NCBI GenBank assembly: GCA_008632985.1
Contig: QPGO01000035.1
Coordinates: 297,899 to 361,898 of the forward strand
DNA from: Psammoneis japonica
Taxonomy: Eukaryota
Reading direction: 5' to 3'
Length of the DNA stretch: 64,000 nt
This document shows positions 38,232 to 49,793 of the stretch, one piece after another (the first letter of the stretch is position 1; the number at the start of each line of letters is the position of its first letter). The notes beneath the pieces were generated by a model. That model was given only the letters and a program-made list of their open reading frames with translations. It had not been told where the DNA came from and did not search any database. The translations under genes were made by a program, and so were the position numbers.

Positions 38232-38598
38232 TGCACTATGCTCGAAGAACGAGTGTAAACGAAAGTAGAATAGTGTACGAAAAGTGGAAATTATAAGATT
38301 AAATTTTGCTCTGTGATTTTTGGTTTCTCCGAACGAGTTCTCAATGGCCTAAAGCTTCTGTACTGCTTCTACAGACAAAAGGCCTTTCGGAGAATATATT
38401 CGTGACAACAGATTGTCCGGATACGATTGCTATTGACACGTAAGATGTCAACATCGTCAATCGATCGTATTTGCAATTCTCGACATCCGATCAACTCTGT
38501 GTGATCGTTCTGTCCTTTGTACGCATCCACGACTGTGGTACGATTGACATATAAATAATATATAATCATAAATATGTATATAACAGTCGCATGCTGCA
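38232..38598 (-). repeat. 5' LTR of the Gypsy (the less mutated copy)
   Basis: Colinear with 33860-34226 and retains the TATATA-rich tract at about 38548-38582. Confidence 0.93.
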
Positions 38599-40377
38599 CG
38601 AGAGAAGCTGAGAAGAAGTGTGCTGATGACTGGTGGCTGCACAACAAGAGGAAAAGAGCAAAGGAGCTGCCCAACAGCAAGCAAGCCATGACCCACTTTT
38701 TTGTTCAAGTTTGTCACCTCAAATGCCTGAAACAAAAGGACTTGTTCTTTGGAAATGGCGCCAGACTTTGCCCCCTTGTTCTCTGGCCCCAAATGAGAGA
38801 GCACACTTGGATTGACACGGGCATGAGAAGAGCCTCCAAGCCTCCTCTCATTGTTGCTTCATTTGATCTTTTCAGACCAAGCTCAACTTTTAACTTGCAT
38901 CACAGCATCATCTTCTGTCAACCAATGTCGTTCAATTGCAAGTGCTCAACAGGACGTCCAGGAATGTCTCGGTCAGTCACTTGACGTTTTTCTGCATGTT
39001 GGACAAATTGATGACAATGAGCTTCCACGCAGACACCTGCATGCTTTTTGTACGAGCAAGGGTCGCTGATGGAATCTTTTTTGGTTTTGGAGTTTGTTGA
39101 CGCATCATGCATCATCCCAACCACATCAAAATCTGCATCATTGGCTCAACTTTGATGAGAAACCCACCCAACAATTGGGGTTGACGAGGCATCTCATCAT
39201 GATGCACATCCAGGAAGTCTTTTGGCAGAGCACTGTGTGTGCTGGTCCATCTCAAATCAAGTGGATGTTGGCCACCAGAACAGCGGTCAATCGTTGTCAC
39301 CCTTCCTCAGCAGCCAGCAGGGGGGCATGCAATGGTGGAATGACTGGAGGAGGCCCCGTGTCTGGTGCCACTTTTGCAGATGATGGAAGTGCCGCCACAG
39401 CTCCCACCTCCCATGGAGTGCACAATTGAGACGAAAAACCCTTGTGGCCCTCAACAATTCTTTCTTTGACCCACTGGTGAGCTCTGGAATCTGATGGAAT
39501 CTCTGTGACCTGCAAGTGTTTGAACCTGCGAGTGTTTGAGCACAGAACAATGGAGTCAAATCTGCAAAAACTGTGCTTTCTGCAGGAGAAACACTTCAAT
39601 GATGCCCGCATCATTTTTGTTGTTGTGTTGTTGTTGCTGTTGTTTGCAATGCAGCATTGGGTGTTGCTCTGCAAGGAGTCCTCCACACAGGATTTGAGGC
39701 CAGTTGCTTCTCATGCCTTCAGGCCACACCAAACACTTTGATGGATGTGCGTGCTGTGAGCATCCCCCCAAGCAAGACGGAGCGAGGAGCGGCTCGGCTG
39801 CTGCGCCACTCCCTTGCTGCATGAGGAGAGCCTCCAAGCCTCTTGGCTGAAGCTCAGTGGTCTGCTTTAACACACCATCATTGTTGCTTCATTCGATCTT
39901 TTCAGACCAAGCTCAACTTGCAACTTGCATCATGGCATCATCTGTCAGCCGATGCCTCATTCGATCGATTTCAAGTGGTCAGTCATTTGACGTTTCTGCA
40001 CGGACATTCGAACGATAATGAGCTTCCACATAGAAATCTACGTGCAAATGTACGGGCACGGATCGCTGCTGGAAGAGAATCTTTTCTCGGTTTTTTCAGG
40101 TTGACGCATCACCCCGCATCCGCATCCCATTGCATTTTGCATGCTCGATTCAACACTCAACACCATCGCGTTCAAAAGACGTCAATCCCCACCCACGGAA
40201 CACGGGGTTCACCCAACTTGCTCTACCCAGCCTCATTGTTCGAAGCAGGAGCACCAGTGACGAAGTTTTGTCGAAAGGCCGCTTGCTCTTGAACGATTCA
40301 GATTCGTTCATCCCGAAAATCTAAGTTCGCGTTTGAGCAGATTCTACACAAGAATTATAGTAAAACCTTATTGACTC

Positions 40378-43317
40378 ATGGACTGGCCAGAGAACAACGG
40401 CCCGCTTCCAGCTACGCGAGATGAATTAGAAAAGGCACTCGAGGTGGTGGAGGAGGAAATGATGGATGCAGGGCGAAAGAAAGATTTTGCGCAAGCACAA
40501 GAAAAGGAACAGTATCTTTTGCAGCTAGAAGCGCTGAAAGAGCTCGTGCAGTCCAACAACAAGGAGGAAACAATCGAAACGTTAAACCAAGAAATAGACA
40601 AGTGCGTCCAGGAACGACATTGGAAAAAAGCAAAATGGCTTGATGACGCTTTGCTCAAAATGACGCAGCCTAAATCGCCAGAAACGAGCACCATTGAAGC
40701 CGTTGGAGAGGATGACTGTAACAGCTGCATCCTTCGAGATCACATGACAGTCTTACAGTCATATCCCTTGGCGTGGAGGGATAGGGACAAAGTGATACAT
40801 CCGTTCCCTCTTCCACCGGACTTTGAGCGAGAAGAGAAAACCGTTTTGCAGGCACTGCGTGATGCGACTGCAGACAGGCCACTCGAGATTGGAGTGTCTT
40901 TCTTTGGGGCGACCACCTATCGACTGGCAGCGTTCCTCGCTGCTCCAGGCAACCGTATTTTGCATTTATCGGGACATGGTGATGAAGGAATTCTTGCCAT
41001 AGAAAGTTGTGGAGCCTTGCAGTATTTGACAAATCATGAATTGAAAGAGTTGGTGGAGAACGGACCAGGGCATTTGAAGTTTGTCTTTTGTTCTGCGTGT
41101 TTTTCTCGTACCGCAGGGGAGGCCTTTTACCAAGCCGGGGTACCTCATGTCGTATGCTGCGAAGATAATGTGGATGACATGGCAACCATTGAGTTTACCC
41201 GTAATTTCTACCTGCAGCTTGCCAGTGGACAATATTTGGACGACGCGTTCAAACTGGCCAAGGCTGCTCTCAAGGTAGATGCCGCGGTCGGCGATGCCAA
41301 AGTCATTCTCTTACCCGAGAAAGACGAGGACGATCCTTATCACCATGTACAGATATTTTTCAAAGCATCTGCGGGAGAAAAGAACATCGTGAAGACCCCC
41401 GGAATGGTCAACCGCTCCATGCAACTACCTTCTTCTCCGCCTGGATTCTGTGGTAGACAGTTGGATATGTACAAGGTGATTGACTATCTCAAGAGCTCGA
41501 ATTTCGTCCAAATTTCAGGAGTTCCAGGTATCGGAAAGACGTCTCTCGCCCAAGCTGTGTGTGCCTACATTCACAGACGCATGGACATATTTCTGCTGGA
41601 AGATATCTTTTGGTTGCCGCCTCTGAGCAACAACCACAGTGGCAATGGTGTTGCTAGGTGCCTCCAGGAGGTCGTGCAATCAATAATGTCCAACGAAGTT
41701 AAAGCTGATTGTCACGGCTACAAATTATGCTGCGAGAAGGCAACCGGCCTCCTTCAGTGCATTCGTGGGCTGATATTCATTGATGCTTGCAAAATGCACA
41801 CTACATCTGCATTGGCAAAATTACAGCTGTTTCTCGAGATTGTTTTTCGTGGTGCGTTTCGAGTCTCTGTCGTTCTTATCACCCCTGCAGGTGAAGAGAT
41901 AAGAAGCTAGATTCTACCATTTGACGCGCGCATGGAGCTTGGTCCTATAGATATGAAGGCATCGGCGCTTCTATTTGGCAACCAATGCCAATTGGTGCGC
42001 CAGGGCCGGGATCCGGCAATTCGTACATCACAAGAACTCAAAAATTTGCTTGTCCTCCCAACCTACGCCAGCGCAACGGAAATCATGCCTTCCATGTCAA
42101 AGCGATGCTCTGAAATATTCAGTCGGATCGGAGAGGGGAATCCAAAGTGGATACTCGAAGCAGCTGACGCGATGACAGCAAACCCGCTCTTGTACGACGA
42201 ACTAATTAAAATCGGAATGAGAGAAGAATTTGACCGTGGGAACTTTGAGACTCGTGCTAGGGTGGACCGTGAATGCAAGCGCATCAAAGAGAAATTAGAG
42301 GCTGCGGCCGAACGTTTTGACTATGGGCAAGCAGCACAATTGGAATCAGAATTAGAGGAGCTGGATCAGCTAAAAAAGGTGCTGCCTACTTTAGGAAGAC
42401 TCGAACGTGAGGAAAAAGACTTGTGTGAACGCCTAGCGGAAGCGGACAAATCGAAACATTTTGATACGGCGAAGGACCTCTACTCTGGACTGGTCGAACT
42501 CAGAGAAAAAATCAGGAAAGAAAGGGAAGCCCTGGCAGATAATGAGGTTAGAAAAGACAAGCAAGATGGTGCTCCACCGATTCAGCAAAAAGATTCACAA
42601 GATGATGAGCGACCTCTATCTCCTAGCGCGATTGAAACCTTGTCCGGAATTTGCTCGTTCACCGTTTCTGCTAGCAATCCTGACCCCGAGGACTTCTCCT
42701 TTACGTTGGCCATAACCCAGTCTTCAGTTGTGGATTTTGACTTTGACTGCTCGGGCGGCGTTTCTGCCATTGTTTGTGCCACAAACGAAAACTGCCACCC
42801 TGTTACAGGCACTGCTATTGGGGCCATTAGTGAAGCCGGAGGCAAGGAATTGCAGGATGCTGTAGATGGACTCGAGTCAACAGAGGAGAGCAATTGGGGC
42901 CCCGTCCGGTGTCCGACGGGTGAAGCCAGAATAATTGGGCCTCCCACAGAGACACGGCACTATGGAAGTCTCAAAGTTGAGCACGTGATCTTTGCTGTAG
43001 GACCGACCTATGCAGATGATGATGGACCGGATGCCCTGTCACACAAGGATGAGCTGCTTCGCCTCGCCTACAGGTCCAGCCTCGAACGGGCAAAGGAACA
43101 CCACGTCGTAGCAGTTGGATTTTCCCTCATTGGAGCGGGTCACCGAACCGGTGGTAATTTGGAAAGGCCTTTGCGCATTGCGATTGAGACAATCTCCGAC
43201 TTTCGAGGATACAAGGAATTGAGGCACGTTGAACTTTTCGCTTTCAAACATCGTGAAGCCCTTCTCCTGAAGCGAATTGCTCACGACGTCGCGAAACACA
43301 CCGAAACTCTAAACTAA
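40378..43317 (+). CDS. Multidomain UVR-CHAT(caspase-like)-P-loop NTPase-UVR-Macro protein, interrupted by one in-frame TAG at 41908-41910
   Basis: CHAT His/Cys motifs ILHLSGHG and VFCSACFS. FCGRQLD...ISGVPGIGKTSLA (NB-ARC/STAND-like). UvrB/C-like helices such as LEAAAERFDYGQAAQL. Macro motifs CPTGEARI, HVIFAVGPTY, LAYRSSL and GFSLIGAG. Both ORFs are in the same frame. Confidence 0.8.
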
Positions 43318-43747
43318 ATGCCTCCAGAGTTTCGTTACATCAACGTATCCGGCCGACGCATTTTCATTGTTGAAATAGTGCTTTGTGAAAATAGCGGGGC
43401 CGCCCATTTGTTAACTAAAACTTGTAATATTCATGTCACTGCGAATCGGGATGTCTATTTCAACGCCATAGTGTTTAATCTGGCCTGCGTCTCGTCGTTG
43501 ATTAGACGGATCCAATCATATGGTGACGTACCAAGAAACACCCGACTAAGAGGAAGTCCCAATTCCTCAAAGTCGCCCATAAAATTTCCGAACCTACATG
43601 CACAGCTTTTTTCCAATATATTCCATGATTGCAGAGTCTCGGCAACAGGGTCGAAGGCCTTGCACAGGCAAGGACGAGTCAATTGCCGATATGCAAAATA
43701 CTCTCGCAGTGAAGTAACTTGACTGCAGGCACACAAAGTGAAGGAAG

Positions 43748-45013
43748 TCAAGCTATCTCTCTGCAGATGAATCTTGAGGCATCTGGCGATGTATTTCGTG
43801 AGAAAATGACTTTATTCCTTCCGGCAAAAGGAAGGAAGTCTACTTCGAAAGGCTCGTCGGTAGGAGCCTTGTCTAATAGGTATCGACAAAGAGCCCAAAC
43901 GGTTGTGACTGGATCACCACTCTTTTTCTGTCGTCGATGAGGGAAGAGCTTCTTCATCACACAACAGGGAGAGACTGCAAAGGGCTTTTCTAGACGCATT
44001 GCCATGTCGACAACAGCTTCGGTGGCTTGATCAGGATGCAACCCAACAATTATGGAACAGTCTCTCACAATCTCCGACTGCGGGTGATTGGGCGACGTGA
44101 GATGTTGCCCGGCCTCTTTGAGCGGTTCTGCAATGATTCGAATACCAGGAGATTCCTGACAAGTAGGTTGCGGATCTAGAATCGTACAATGGACCCCTAG
44201 TTTCGTCAGAGCTTTACCGAGCTTGCCATTGCCTCCTGCGACGTCCAAGACCCCGGAACCACGCGACAAGGTCTCTCGTCCAAAGGTGTCTACTAACCAT
44301 TTGGCAAAATGGCAGTGACGGGTCAATCGGTCTTGCAAATCAGACTGTTTAATTGTCAGAATATCATCATTTTGAGCTGAATAGGACGCAAAAGAGGCGA
44401 AGCCGTTGTTGCTCATGTTTCGTTCATTTTCGTCTTGCAAATCCCAAATGCCTTGGAATTCTCCCTGAAAGTCGAGGCAGCGAATCCCACCTTTGTTCAC
44501 GTTTAATTTCGAGGCATCAAATCCTGGTCCTCCAATGGGGATCTTGACTTTGGCAACTAGACCGTATAGCTCATGGCGCATCCATCCTGTGGAAAGCGTC
44601 GGGCGTATGCCTTGTCGTTCTCGAGCAATGTTTTCAGGGATCAGAGCGTGATGGAGAGCAGGAATTTCTTTGCGGACAGCCACAAAGCACATACTTCCCT
44701 TCTTCAAAAACCAGTCAAACGATGAACTCTCGCAAACCTGACTGTTTATGGTACTTTTGTCTACGGCGTCATCACTTTGGACGGAAACTGCAACAACATC
44801 TCCCTCCAAGAGAGCGTAGTTCGGACCAAAGAATTTAGACTTTTCGACATCCAAGTAAACAGTATACCACATGAGGGTTGAAAATCTGTCCGTGGAGTTT
44901 GCATCTTTACGACTGCTTCCTTTCTCTGTTTCGCATAATGTGCCCGCATCGAAATCAGATTCTGTTTTTGCCCTCGTTTCGCATCCCATACGATTCTTCA
45001 TCTCCTCGGGCAT
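43748..45013 (-). CDS. Protein with a C-terminal class I SAM-methyltransferase-like domain
   Basis: VLDVAGGNGKL, IVGLHPDQATE, PFAVSPCCV and FAGRNKVIF in an intact 421-aa ORF. Confidence 0.72.
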   Translation of the reverse strand: MPEEMKNRMGCETRAKTESDFDAGTLCETEKGSSRKDANSTDRFSTLMWYTVYLDVEKSKFFGPNYALLEGDVVAVSVQSDDAVDKSTINSQVCESSSFDWFLKKGSMCFVAVRKEIPALHHALIPENIARERQGIRPTLSTGWMRHELYGLVAKVKIPIGGPGFDASKLNVNKGGIRCLDFQGEFQGIWDLQDENERNMSNNGFASFASYSAQNDDILTIKQSDLQDRLTRHCHFAKWLVDTFGRETLSRGSGVLDVAGGNGKLGKALTKLGVHCTILDPQPTCQESPGIRIIAEPLKEAGQHLTSPNHPQSEIVRDCSIIVGLHPDQATEAVVDMAMRLEKPFAVSPCCVMKKLFPHRRQKKSGDPVTTVWALCRYLLDKAPTDEPFEVDFLPFAGRNKVIFSRNTSPDASRFICREIA

Positions 45014-45200
45014 GCTTTTTTGTCAACTTGCTATTTTTGACATTCTGTGGAGCCATAACGGTGCCGGCAATTAGAGGATGCTGTTTTGCATTCGTTCCCT
45101 AGCTACATTCGAACATGGCAGGGCGATGTGCCGTTGTGGATTGTGGAATTCCAGAATGGTGCGGTGTGGTGGTGCGGGGTGCGGACGGATCGACAAGGCC

Positions 45201-47387
45201 GGGAGTTGCATGAAATGTCAAAATTTTCATTTTTCCCTGCAAAAACGCACAGAATGTCAGAGAGACCTGCCTGCACGTGAGTGCCGCCACAGTCTGCACG
45301 ATGCTGCGAAAGTTTGTGCACTTGCCACCAAAATGCTGCTCGCACTTTTTGCCAGGGGACATGCCACAGACACACAATGTTGCATTTGGCTGCAGGACAA
45401 ATCCTGTGTTTTTGGGGCTCTGTTTGATTTGACAAAATGTCGAAATTCCATGGAAGGTTTCTCAACAATTGCCTTTTTTCCCAACCAGTGCTGAGACAAA
45501 ATGCCCCCAGAAATGCAGGTGGTTGTGTCTTCACCAGACCCCGCCAAAATTTCTCGTTGAGAAGACAACCCACTGGATGGAATGAGAATGTTTAAATGAT
45601 GTTGCACAGTGCGTGAAAAATGACAACCTGCACTCACTCAATTGGGTTGGCATGGTGACATCAAGCACTGAAATGAACGACAAAACGGTGCGACAATCGA
45701 TGATGACGACACCTTCTATCGGTGCCTGCCTGTGCGCTCATTTTCTACTGTATTCAAATTTGTATATCCATATATACATCATAAGTAGTTGCCATGAGCA
45801 CATCACGTTGTCGGTCACGGCGTTTCTGCACGCATGATGATGCGCATGGCACCGTACGACTGCAAGAGACGCCGTTGAGTTCCCTTCTCGATCCCGAACT
45901 CCGATTTGAACCAGTCACGACTGTCTCAACCTCATCGCTTCGTGCGATAGTACAATTTCAAATTCAAACCCGCCAAATAGCTCCAACCGCCAAAACCAAA
46001 AAAGGCCTCTTGGGGGGGACTGGGGCTAGAGACTATTTTGGATTATTGTCGTTCAAGATTCCCTTGCGTGCCGTTCCAAAAGCGTTCCAAAAGCGTTCCA
46101 AAAGCGTTCCGAGAACGTTCTCATATGCACTAATTCGCGCGGAAATCAAACTTTGGAGCCGGTCAATTCGCCAATGAGACATGTGATGCATTGTAATTAG
46201 TGCACTATTGTTAGAACTATTTGAGTATGGCACAATAGTGTAAAAGTTTAACAGATTATATGGATTTATTGCAAAAAGGTACACCCGTCAAAACAGGTTT
46301 CTATTTTCTCTAAGAAAAAGAACGGCTGGTAGAAGTCTCAATAATTTTGAGTTACAGTGGCTATAAGTTGAACTATAAGGGTGTGTTGTAACTACTAGTA
46401 TTGTTTGACAATAAACCATATCTATAACAACCGCCAATAGCTCCAACACGGAAATACCATTCGACGAAATAGGCATTTCGTCATTCCCGTGTTTCCACCG
46501 TTCCGGGACCGTACCAAAAGCGTTCCCGAAGGGAATCTCTCTAAAAGGCCTAACATCAAAACATTGTTTTTAGACGTTGGAAACGAATGAGAACCCTGCC
46601 CGATAATACATGGAACCATCAATCCACCTACGGCAACAAAAACACTGCTGTATGGCAATAGCGCGGTATCAATCATTTTAGCATAGTGTAAAACATCAAA
46701 TGCGCAACACACGACTGTACCACTCACCATGCAAATGCGCCTGCCCAGAGCCACAGTAGATTGTCTTGCAAGGACAGTCATTCAGAGGCAGACAAGATCG
46801 GAATGGATTTGGAACCAATGGGTTCGCGTCATACTTGAGCACTTTGCAGGACATACAGTAGTGTGCGAGTTGTGGGGCCTTCTTCAAGATGAAGGCAACC
46901 TTTCTCATGGGTTCCTGCCCACTCACTTGTTGTGTGCCCTTGTTTTCTGAATCTGCATTGTTCTGAAACCATTTTGCCGGGAATCTGTGGTGGAGCACAC
47001 GAAGACACGATAAGAAAATGGTTTTGTGTCGGAATAGAGTTAATTGTAAATCTGGACTTGTTGCGTACCATCATTCCAATCTCTTTTTGAAAATCAACGT
47101 ACTGGCATTAGCTTCACCATCTTATCATCTTAGATTGACTGGTAACACAGGTTTATGGATGATAATGGCATGCACGGTGACGGTGGACGGCACTGACTTT
47201 CGCTTCGCATCAACGAACCATCGCCGCGTTCGCCGTTCGACCCCATCTTCTATCTGGTGTCTGGTGTTCGCATAGCCCAAAATGCAACGTTTTAGGGGAT
47301 GTGTAAAATGAATTATCGTCACGAAAAAACACGAAAAACCACGAAAAACAGGGAAAAACGAAAATTTCGACATTTCATGCAACTCCC
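45201..47387. mobile_element. Putative non-autonomous TIR element of about 2.2 kb with 39-bp imperfect TIRs
   Basis: GGGAGTTGCATGAAATGTCAAAATTTTCATTTTTCCCTG at 45201-45239 matches the reverse complement of 47349-47387 with 2 mismatches, both CG/CA. No transposase recognised; TSD uncertain (possibly CCG). Confidence 0.7.
46072..46110. repeat. Short tandem repeat (CGTTCCAAAAG) x ~3.5
   Basis: Read directly: cgttccaaaagcgttccaaaagcgttccaaaagcgttcc. Confidence 0.8.
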
Positions 47388-47519
47388 CGGAATCCCCAAA
47401 CGCACTGACAGGCAGACTTTTTTCCCCAGCGCGCACGGCGCGCGTCGCGTAAAAATTAGTTGCTTGCTCGAGACTTGAGCGAGAGACGAGCGAACCAGAA
47501 CTCCAATCTTCACAACTTC

Positions 47520-49600
47520 CGTTTTTGTGTCTAACCTGTTGTTATGTGTCAGGTTGCAACGGAGTCCAACCAGAACTCCAATCACCACATCTTCCTCTAT
47601 TTTCATCGGAAGCATGACAAGGGTGCCTGCTCAATTGTGCAGAGGGCATGGGAGGTGGGATGCGAACTCCCTTTTCCTCTGGTCGGATTTTGGCGAGAGC
47701 CTTTTCATTGACCACTCAGTGGTTGATGATTGCAGACTTTTTCATGTCTGTCAGGCAGTCGGGGGGTCGGGCAGTCGGGCAGTTTGTCCTTCAGAATTTG
47801 AGAGTGTGTCCCTCGGATTTTGGAGCGGCATGTGTTGTTCAGCACAAATTGATTCTTCTGATTTGGAGAATGATCATCAAGGACATTGGAGGTCATGGGG
47901 GCATCCTAAAAAATTGATGAATTCTCTACGATGGGTGCATGGGGAGCTGTTTTTCAGATGAGCTCGAAAGCACTGTGAAACTGGGATTGCCAGTGCGGCA
48001 TGTTGAAAACTGCACTCAGCTTTGAACGAAGACAATTTGTCATGGATTGCACACAAAAAAGTCACATTGAAAAAAAGCATGTTGAAAAATGAGTGGGTTT
48101 GTGCGATGTGCCATTTCAGCGATGAATTGAAAAAAAAGAGTGTCCGTGCACCTCGCTGCAGCCCCAAAAATGGCATGATCCATCAAATGTGACCGTCATC
48201 CACGTGGCCACTCTGCCACTGCAATGCCAGCCCCCTGTGGCAGGGCCCTGCACAAGCACAGGCAGTGCAGCATGCAATGGCACACACCCACACCCACACC
48301 CACAAAGAAAGACAAGTGGTCAATGCTCCCCGTGGGCCTGGTTTCTGGCTGGCCGGCAACTGCCTCACAAAAAGCAAAAAGTTTCAAAACAATGATGCCA
48401 ACAATGCCATCAGTGGCCGTTGTCCCTTTCCACAAGAAGCAGTCATTGGGACCCAACAAAATGCCAATGTTTTGCATTGTCCATGCAGTGGGTGCCTTGA
48501 TGCTGTGCAGTGACGGGGTCTCCTCAAAGGGTTTCACACAATGACTGTGACTGGGACAAGAACAATGCAGCAGCAAAGCCCTCTTCAGGGTTCTCAATCA
48601 ACTTGGGGCTTCTTCAATGGCAGTTCCCTGCCATGATTGTCACAAAACCAGAAAGCAAAGGGTGGCAGTCTACAAGCTGATTGTCTTCAATTGCTCTGCA
48701 GTGAGAAAAACAGTGTGAATGCATTTGGTGAGTGTGAGAAAAAAGCAAAGAAGGAAAACAAAATGAAGTGCAGCACTGGAGTAAAAAGAGGAAAGAAAGG
48801 CAAGGCCAAGAAAGGAAGAAAAAAATGAGGAAGGAATGCAAAACAAAGAAGAGCATCAAGAAGAAGAAGAAAATGCACAAGAAGACACAGAAGGACTCCT
48901 CCACCATTGTCTTCACCAACATCTCCACCAACGTCTCCACCAACAGATGCCCCACTCTGCCACCAAGTCACGGCAAGCAGCAAATTGCTTGAAAAGGCAT
49001 GAGAGAATCAAGAATGTCCTGGTTGTGCTTTGTTTGTGTGAAACCTTCTCTCACACTTATTTCTTCTTTCAAAAATTTAACTGTGCAAGTGCAGCCTTTT
49101 GTTGGAGCAACTGATGCAGCCAGCAGGTTGCAGAGCATTTTGTGGTTGGGCAAAACACCAGAGGAGGCAAATTTCAAGTGCAACAGTTGACATGCTACAA
49201 GATGAAATGTTTGCAAGATGCAGTGAAGCTGGGGCACCAAGAATGCAGGGCTTTGTTGTTGTTCCTGAGAAAGACCAGTTGACAATTCACATTCATCAGC
49301 AGAATCAGAGTGCAGTGGGTGCCGCTGTCATCCCGGAGGCATCCTGATCTTAAACATCAAGCAGACAGGCCATAGAGTGTGTGCAAAAGGCTGTGATCCA
49401 AAAGCACTTGGATGCTGGTGCTGGATGAGAGTTCATGAGAAAGCAGCAGCTGCGTGCATGTCAGCCTGTTGCCCATGTGAGAGCTTGAGAAAATCAGGCT
49501 CATGCATGGTGCGTGAACAACAAAGCTGCTAGCACATGTAAGAAAAAAGAAGAAAAACAAAGATGACAGATGCCCAAGTTTAGCCTGGCTCTCTTGAGTA
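47520..49600. repeat. Heavily degraded, unclassified repeat relic (TpA- and CpG-depleted)
   Basis: Very few TA or CG, an excess of TG/CA, and overlapping Cys/His-rich junk ORFs in all frames. Confidence 0.55.
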
Positions 49601-49793
49601 ACGCACAACCACTTTGCATCTCACTTGACGCATCGTAGTCGACCCCTGAGTCCTGATGAGTTTGATGGATGTCTGCCACTCGTACTATTAGTACTCCGGG
49701 GCCGCATATTTTGTAAAAAAAGCATTCTCTAGAGTAGATCATGTTGTTGTGAATACGAATATCTACACTTCAAAGCAGCGGAGCTTCTGACAA

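Larger units (their letters stand above)
33860..38598 (-). mobile_element. Ty3/Gypsy LTR retrotransposon, degenerate, 4739 bp, with 4-bp TSD CGAG
   Basis: Paired 367-bp LTRs (TG...CA). CGAG at 33856-33859 and 38599-38602. Minus-strand PPT AGGGAGGCGAA at about 34227-34237. RT remnant MPWGENEHCGLPM..APDIF and RNase H remnant KELLSTVKTLVKF...HTDHK. Confidence 0.92.
33130..40250. repeat. Old, unclassified, TpA/CpG-depleted repeat island into which the Gypsy element inserted; boundaries approximate
   Basis: The flanks 33240-33859 and 38603-40000 are nearly devoid of TA and rich in TG/CA. No recognisable protein. Contains an internal ~300-bp direct repeat. Confidence 0.55.

Noticed and set aside
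33860..38598. Classical fungal-type RIP (CA->TA) as the explanation of the LTR differences
   Set aside because: The LTR pair alone cannot give direction, but the islands are depleted rather than enriched in TA, and conserved Tyr codons have become Cys/His, so the polarity is opposite to RIP.
46072..46110. Short repeats as a possible CRISPR array (also 29704-29798)
   Set aside because: No unique spacers, too few units, no cas genes, and a eukaryotic context.
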